In this document: positions 58,938 through 64,000 of the stretch, one piece after another
Numbering within the stretch: position 1 is the stretch's first letter
How the letters are laid out: every line of letters starts with the position of its first letter
Assembly: GCA_964563125.1 (NCBI GenBank)
Contig: CAZLVY010000005.1
Location: 387 to 64,386 of the forward strand
Source: an uncultured Syntrophomonas sp.
GTDB taxonomy: Bacteria > Bacillota > Syntrophomonadia > Syntrophomonadales > Syntrophomonadaceae
DNA length: 64,000 bases
Direction of reading: 5' to 3'
Program-made: the position numbers and the translations under genes
The notes under the pieces: model-generated
Databases searched by the model: none
What the model was told of the DNA's origin: nothing
What the model saw: the letters and a program-made list of their open reading frames with translations, nothing else

Positions 58938-60035
58938 GTGCTGGAGTTAAAAAAGGGAACTATAATTGAAGAAATATTTTCTCGGCCAGGTATTGCTGGT
59001 TACTGGGTAGTTGTCGACGGCTTTAAAGAAAAATGCATTTCTTACCTTGATCTGATAGCACCTCTGCAGCCCGGTGATCAAGTCGTTTTAAATACGACTG
59101 CTGTATCTTTAAAGTTGGGTACAGGCGGTTATCATTTTGTGCTTGCCAATTTGAGTCAGGTTAATCATGCGGTTAAAACGGGTGGACATATAATGAAAAT
59201 GCGCTATACGCCTATGCAAGTAAAAGTATTAAGTGTGGAAGAACCGGAAAGCCCGTTTCATGAACAGCTTAAGTCAGTTGAAAGTCTGGAAAAAATACCG
59301 GTATTAGCAGCTACTCTGCATTCTATGTTAGGCCCATTATGCATTAAGTTTAAAGAGGAAAATTTAAAAGTTGCCTATGTTATGACTGATGGAGCAGCAC
59401 TGCCAATAGCCTTTAGTGAAACAGTTGATTGGCTGAAGAATGAGCATTTGCTGACAGGAACGGTGACAGTTGGTCATGCTTTTGGCGGCGATATAGAAGC
59501 AGTTAATATTTATTCAGGTTTGCTGGCCGCTAAGGTTGTATTTAATCCTGATGTAATCATTGTCAGTATGGGACCGGGAATTGTTGGTACCGGGACTAAA
59601 TGGGGTTTTACCGGCATTGAACAGGGAGAAATTTTAAATGCGGTTGAAGCATTGGCAGGCATTCCGGTTGCCGTGCCGCGCATTAGTTTTGCTGATAAAA
59701 GGCAGCGCCATCAGGGCATCAGTCACCATACCATAACAGTCCTGTCCAAAGTTTGCCGGGTGGAAGCAATTGTACCGCTGCCGACATTGGAAGAAGAAAA
59801 AAACACTTTGATAATGGGACAGTTACAAAAGGAAAATTTGCTGGATAAGTATTTTTGCTGCTTAGAAGCAGATGATAATATTATTGAATATATGGCAAAG
59901 AGTCAACATAGGATAACTACTATGGGACGGGGAGCAGAGGAAGACCCGCATTTCTTTCTCAGTTTAGGCGCTGCTGCCCAGGCTGCCGTCAAAATTATTA
60001 AAGGAAAAACACTTAACAGGATTAAGTGGGCATAA
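58938..60035 (+). CDS. DUF3866 family protein
   Basis: An ORF of about 365 aa. I prefer the GTG at 58938 with SD AGGAGG. The family assignment is from memory of similar Clostridial proteins. Confidence 0.6.
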   Translation: MLELKKGTIIEEIFSRPGIAGYWVVVDGFKEKCISYLDLIAPLQPGDQVVLNTTAVSLKLGTGGYHFVLANLSQVNHAVKTGGHIMKMRYTPMQVKVLSVEEPESPFHEQLKSVESLEKIPVLAATLHSMLGPLCIKFKEENLKVAYVMTDGAALPIAFSETVDWLKNEHLLTGTVTVGHAFGGDIEAVNIYSGLLAAKVVFNPDVIIVSMGPGIVGTGTKWGFTGIEQGEILNAVEALAGIPVAVPRISFADKRQRHQGISHHTITVLSKVCRVEAIVPLPTLEEEKNTLIMGQLQKENLLDKYFCCLEADDNIIEYMAKSQHRITTMGRGAEEDPHFFLSLGAAAQAAVKIIKGKTLNRIKWA

Positions 60036-60237
60036 ATAGGTAAAGAATTAATGGGTGCTGAGGCGGATAAAATCCAGCAGGGTCATTTCACCCGGCCATC
60101 CGCTGAAAAGTTTTTCTAAATCCTTTACTTTTCCAACCAGAGTAAATCCTTTATGATTAATTAGCAAATCCATCTTATCACCTCGGCTAAGTTTATGTTC
60201 AAAATGGAAAATTTATTCAGCTAAAGGAGTGTAATAA

Positions 60238-60777
60238 ATGGAATTATTTGAGAAGACCATTGACTCTAAAGATATTTATCAGGGAAAAATATTAAAACTC
60301 AGGGTTGACCGTGTCGCTCTGCCAGACGGCAGCGAAAGCACGCGGGAAATAATAGAGCATACCGGAGCAGTTGCTATAGTGGCTATTGATGCGGAAGAAA
60401 ACCTCTGGATGGTCAAACAATATCGTAAAGCGGTGGAAGAAATATTAATGGAAATACCTGCCGGTACGCTGGAAAAAGGCGAGGAACCGCTGGCATGTGC
60501 CAAACGCGAGCTGGCTGAAGAAACGGGTCTTATTGCGGAAGATTGGCAGGAGATTCTATCCTACTATAGTGCTCCCGGGTTTGTGACTGAGAAATTACAT
60601 TTGTTTTTGGCAAAAAACTTTACGCAAGGCGATATAAATCTTGATCATGATGAGTTTTTATATACAGTTAAGATCCCTTTAGCTGATGCTTATAAAGCAA
60701 TTTTTGCAGGTCAGATCAAAGACGGTAAAAGTATTATAGGCATCCAATATGCCTGTAATTTGTTAGTGGGGCGATAA
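60238..60777 (+). CDS. NUDIX hydrolase (ADP-ribose pyrophosphatase type)
   Basis: Nudix box GTLEKGEEPLACAKRELAEETG. Confidence 0.9.
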   Translation: MELFEKTIDSKDIYQGKILKLRVDRVALPDGSESTREIIEHTGAVAIVAIDAEENLWMVKQYRKAVEEILMEIPAGTLEKGEEPLACAKRELAEETGLIAEDWQEILSYYSAPGFVTEKLHLFLAKNFTQGDINLDHDEFLYTVKIPLADAYKAIFAGQIKDGKSIIGIQYACNLLVGR

Positions 60778-60779
60778 AA

Positions 60780-61958
60780 TTGCAGCAGATATATGCAGAT
60801 TTACACATTCATATCGGCAGTGCCTCAGGTAAACCGGTCAAGATAACCGCTTCCCGGCAGCTTGATTTAAAAACCGTCTTATACCGGGACGCTAGAATAA
60901 AAGGGCTTGATGCAGTAGGGATTATTGATGCTGCCTGTACTAATGTCCTGGCAGAAATAAAAGCTATGCTTGAAAAAGAAGAACTTAAAGAACTGCCGGG
61001 GGGAGGATTTCTAGCTCGTAATGGCGTTTTGCTGATAGCGGGGGCAGAAATCGAAAGCCTTGAAGGGGTGCACAGCATATTATATCTACCCGGGTTAGAG
61101 CAATTAAATTCTTTACATAAATATCTTAAGACCCGGGTAAAAAATATGACTTTGTCTACTCAGAAAGCCCGAGTCAGTATTGAGGAACTAATTAACTTAG
61201 CTGAGCTTTTGGACGGTATTTTTTGCCCGGCTCACGTTTTTACTCCTTTCAAAGGTATATATGGCTACTGGACTGATAAACTGCGCCCCCGGTTAGGATT
61301 AAATACTGACCAGATCTATGCTCTGGAGTTAGGTTTAAGTGCCGATACTTTTATGGCAGATATGCTTCAGGAGACCAGAAATTTTACCTTTTTATCCAAC
61401 TCTGATGCTCATTCTTCAGCTAATATTGGCCGTGAATACAATTTATTGCGGCTGAGAGACAAAAATTTTACAGAACTTAAATGGGCTCTGCAGAACAAAG
61501 AAGGCCGCAAAGTGTTGGCTAACTACGGCATGGACCCTTTATTGGGAAAATACCACCGCTCTTTTTGTAATGACTGTAATCTCATTACCCCCATGATGCC
61601 TCCGGTTACTATCTGTTCAGAATGCGGACATAAAAATGTGGTAAAAGGAGTTATGGATCGGGTAGTTGAAATAAGGGATTATGAAGAGCCCCATCATCCG
61701 ATAGGAAGACCTCCTTATTATTACCGGGTTCCTTTAAAGTCATTACCGGGGGTAGGTCCAAAAACTATGGAAAAACTGCTGACTGGCTTTGAAAGTGAGA
61801 TTGAAATCCTGGAAAGAACTGATACGCAAAAAATTGCCAAACTGGTGGGGACAGCTATTGCAGAACAGATAGAACAGATGCGAAACGGGCGAATGACAAT
61901 TAACCCGGGCGGGGGTGGATATTATGGGAAAGTTACCAAGGGTAATATTAACTGCTGA
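60780..61958 (+). CDS. PHP-domain / zinc-ribbon protein, endonuclease Q (TIGR00375)-like
   Basis: YADLHIHIG at the N-terminus, SNSDAHS, a zinc ribbon CNDCN...CSECGHKN, and a helix-hairpin-helix-like LPGVGPKTMEKL. Confidence 0.7.
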   Translation: MQQIYADLHIHIGSASGKPVKITASRQLDLKTVLYRDARIKGLDAVGIIDAACTNVLAEIKAMLEKEELKELPGGGFLARNGVLLIAGAEIESLEGVHSILYLPGLEQLNSLHKYLKTRVKNMTLSTQKARVSIEELINLAELLDGIFCPAHVFTPFKGIYGYWTDKLRPRLGLNTDQIYALELGLSADTFMADMLQETRNFTFLSNSDAHSSANIGREYNLLRLRDKNFTELKWALQNKEGRKVLANYGMDPLLGKYHRSFCNDCNLITPMMPPVTICSECGHKNVVKGVMDRVVEIRDYEEPHHPIGRPPYYYRVPLKSLPGVGPKTMEKLLTGFESEIEILERTDTQKIAKLVGTAIAEQIEQMRNGRMTINPGGGGYYGKVTKGNINC

Positions 61959-62619
61959 TGCCAGTGGCGCTCAAAAAGCTGCCCAGGAAGGCATGCTGGT
62001 CATGATAGTTGATATAATTGATATGTCGACAACCCTGGAAAGCGCAATTGATGCCGGGGCCTTTGCCGTTTTTGGGGCCAGCCCTGATTATACCCATGCC
62101 CCTGTAGAGGTGGCACCGGAAAAGGTGGGGCAGGAAGCGGGGCGTTTAGCCAAGACTAATGGGTTAAATATAATAATTATTGCTGAACCAAGGGTTGGAA
62201 GCGATGAGGAACGGATAGCCCGCTGTCAGAAAGTGATAAAAGGCATTGAAAGTGAAAAGGCAGTCATTGAACGAGTGCTTCCCAATATAGGCGCAGAAGT
62301 CTACAAAATGTGCGACTTTAAAGACCGGGTAGTGGTAGCAGTTTCAGATACCGGTGGGGTTGCATATGATGCGGCATTTTTATTTACCCGGCAGGTATTA
62401 ACCGGAACTGTAGCCAGAAGCATGAGCAAAAAAGGAATTGAACCAGCCTTAAGTGCTGCCAGGCGGGTATGGCAGAATTATAAGAAAACTGATACCGGCA
62501 TCGCAGTAGTTGCCGCTAGCAGTAATTCGCAGGAAGATGTGCTGGCAGCACAATTCATTTATGATTTATTAATAACCCAAATTAAAGAAAATAAATGCAT
62601 AGAGGGAGGAATAATATGA
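61924..62619 (+). CDS. hypothetical protein (weak resemblance to the 2-phosphosulfolactate phosphatase ComB fold)
   Basis: An ORF of about 231 aa containing VMIVDIIDMSTTLESAIDAGA. The ATG at 61924 has SD GGGGGTGGA and the ORF overlaps the previous gene by 35 nt. Confidence 0.5.
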   Translation: MGKLPRVILTADASGAQKAAQEGMLVMIVDIIDMSTTLESAIDAGAFAVFGASPDYTHAPVEVAPEKVGQEAGRLAKTNGLNIIIIAEPRVGSDEERIARCQKVIKGIESEKAVIERVLPNIGAEVYKMCDFKDRVVVAVSDTGGVAYDAAFLFTRQVLTGTVARSMSKKGIEPALSAARRVWQNYKKTDTGIAVVAASSNSQEDVLAAQFIYDLLITQIKENKCIEGGII

Positions 62620-63968
62620 AACCAATCTATGTTATTGGACATAAGAACCCGGACCTGGATTCAATTGCTGCCGCTATCGGTTATAAAACCTTCAAACAAA
62701 GTACTGATCAAGGTATTTATATTGCCGCAGCGGCGGGAGAGCTAAGTGACGCCATTATAAGTATTCTTGATTATTTCGGCATTGCACCGCCAATTATAAT
62801 CAAAAGTGTTGCTACAACGGTGGAAGATTTACTGGAAGACAGCGACATAATCAGCGCCTCTGCAGATATGAATTTAGTTGAATTAAGCAACTTGATGCGC
62901 AACTACAAACTAAAAACTATACCAATATTAGATGTGGAAAATAAATTTTTAGGCTTAATAACTATCGGCGATTTAGCCATGATATTAATGGATACTTTGG
63001 GTGACGGCAAAGAAATTGACAAAACCCCGGAAAAGCTGCGCAAAATTATGGACCAAAAAGCGGATGATATAATGAAAACTCATGATCTGATGCTGTTTGA
63101 AAAAGATGAACCAGTGGAGGAAGCACGCAGACATATGCTTTCCACCCGTTTCAGAAATTACCCGGTAGTAGATTATGATAACCGCTATCTGGGACTGGTG
63201 TCACGTTATAACCTCTTGCAGATGAAACGCAAAAAACTTATTCTGGTAGATCATAATGAAATGAAACAAGCAGTTGACGGAGTTGAGGAAGCTGAAATAC
63301 TAGAAATAGTTGACCACCATAGGGTAGGTGATTTAGAAACTATTTTGCCGATTTATTTTCATAATGAACCAGTGGGGTCGACAAGCACTTTGGTGGCAGA
63401 TAAATTTTTCATTAACAAAGTCTATATTGCTAAAAATATAGCCGGATTGCTTCTGTCTGGAATTCTGTCGGATACCATGCTGTTTAAATCGCCGACAACT
63501 ACCCCCAAGGATGAGCGGGTAGCTCAGAAATTAGCCCAAATTGCTGAATTGGATATAAATGAATGGGGCCGGAAAATATTTGAAAAGGCCACCAACAACG
63601 ATAAAATGTCAGATTTAGATATTATATCTAAGGATTTAAAGGAATATACCAGTGAAAATATTGTCTTTGCGATTGCCCAGTTTGAAACCATTGATCTACA
63701 AGGTTTTAAAGAGAGAAAGAACCGGCTCAGCGAAGCTATGGAAGGACTATGTCATAATAACAATTATGCCTTCATGTGCCTGATGGTGACCGACATCATG
63801 AAACAGCAAAGCGAATTAATCATCGCCGGTGACAAAAAGGCGGTGTTAGAAAACGCTTTTGGTCCTCATACTGATGGGGACAGCATAACTTTAAAGGGAG
63901 TTATGTCGCGTAAAAAACAAGTAGTGCCCGTCATTTTCGAAGCCCTGCGCAAGGAAAATATGATGTAG
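62616..63968 (+). CDS. CBS-domain-containing family II (DHH/DHHA2) inorganic pyrophosphatase
   Basis: GHKNPDLDSIAAA, LVDHNE and VDHHRVGD DHH motifs with a CBS pair inserted, plus a DHHA2 C-terminus. ATGA overlap with the previous gene. Confidence 0.85.
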   Translation: MKPIYVIGHKNPDLDSIAAAIGYKTFKQSTDQGIYIAAAAGELSDAIISILDYFGIAPPIIIKSVATTVEDLLEDSDIISASADMNLVELSNLMRNYKLKTIPILDVENKFLGLITIGDLAMILMDTLGDGKEIDKTPEKLRKIMDQKADDIMKTHDLMLFEKDEPVEEARRHMLSTRFRNYPVVDYDNRYLGLVSRYNLLQMKRKKLILVDHNEMKQAVDGVEEAEILEIVDHHRVGDLETILPIYFHNEPVGSTSTLVADKFFINKVYIAKNIAGLLLSGILSDTMLFKSPTTTPKDERVAQKLAQIAELDINEWGRKIFEKATNNDKMSDLDIISKDLKEYTSENIVFAIAQFETIDLQGFKERKNRLSEAMEGLCHNNNYAFMCLMVTDIMKQQSELIIAGDKKAVLENAFGPHTDGDSITLKGVMSRKKQVVPVIFEALRKENMM

Positions 63969-64000
63969 TTTATAAACAACAATACGCCGCTCTGGTTTCA

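Noticed and set aside
60048-60172. Apparent small ORF on the minus strand with SD GAGGTGA in the DUF3866-NUDIX intergenic region
   Set aside because: Careful reverse-complementing shows a stop after 18 codons (MDLLINHKGFTLVGKVKV*). The remainder is in another frame with no start codon, so my first reading of about 41 aa was a transcription error.
1-64000. Search for CRISPR arrays, IS elements, integrases, prophage genes and tandem repeats
   Set aside because: None was seen. There are no repeat-spacer periodicity, no transposase- or recombinase-like ORFs, and no terminal inverted repeats flanking the AT-rich block.

Overview
This is a chromosomal core region of a low-GC, endospore-forming Firmicute, most likely class Clostridia (the RNase P RNA is type A). 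By eye G+C is roughly 40%; I did not compute it. Gene order follows the Bacillus yqe/yqh/yqi backbone: proA, nadD-yqeK-rsfS, leuS, then a BMP-type ABC transporter and tldD-pmbA. After that come aroQ, an M24 peptidase, efp, spoIIIAA-AH, carboxylase genes, asp23-amaP-nusB, xseAB-ispA, an OLE RNA with oapA, dxs-tlyA-nadK-argR-recN and spoIVB-spo0A. The window ends with a steA/mctB-like/glycosyltransferase cluster, a NUDIX gene, an EndoQ-like gene and a CBS-type pyrophosphatase. I call about 69 CDSs, one tRNA, RNase P RNA, one roughly 590-nt OLE-class ncRNA, one T-box leader and a set of promoters and terminators. I saw no transposases, integrases, CRISPR arrays or recognisable defence genes.

The most unusual observations:
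1. A complete tRNA-Ala(GGC) gene is embedded in the leuS T-box leader at the Stem III position.
2. An OLE RNA/OapA locus sits in the ispA-dxs gap, which ORF-based annotation would leave empty.
3. A carboxyltransferase fused to a full-length AccB occupies the ancestral accB position.
4. A markedly AT-rich orphan gene is inserted just after spo0A.
5. A small ribbon-helix-helix plus micro-membrane-protein module carries a 15-bp inverted repeat over its promoter.

All protein calls come from motif and family recognition by eye. No database search was run.
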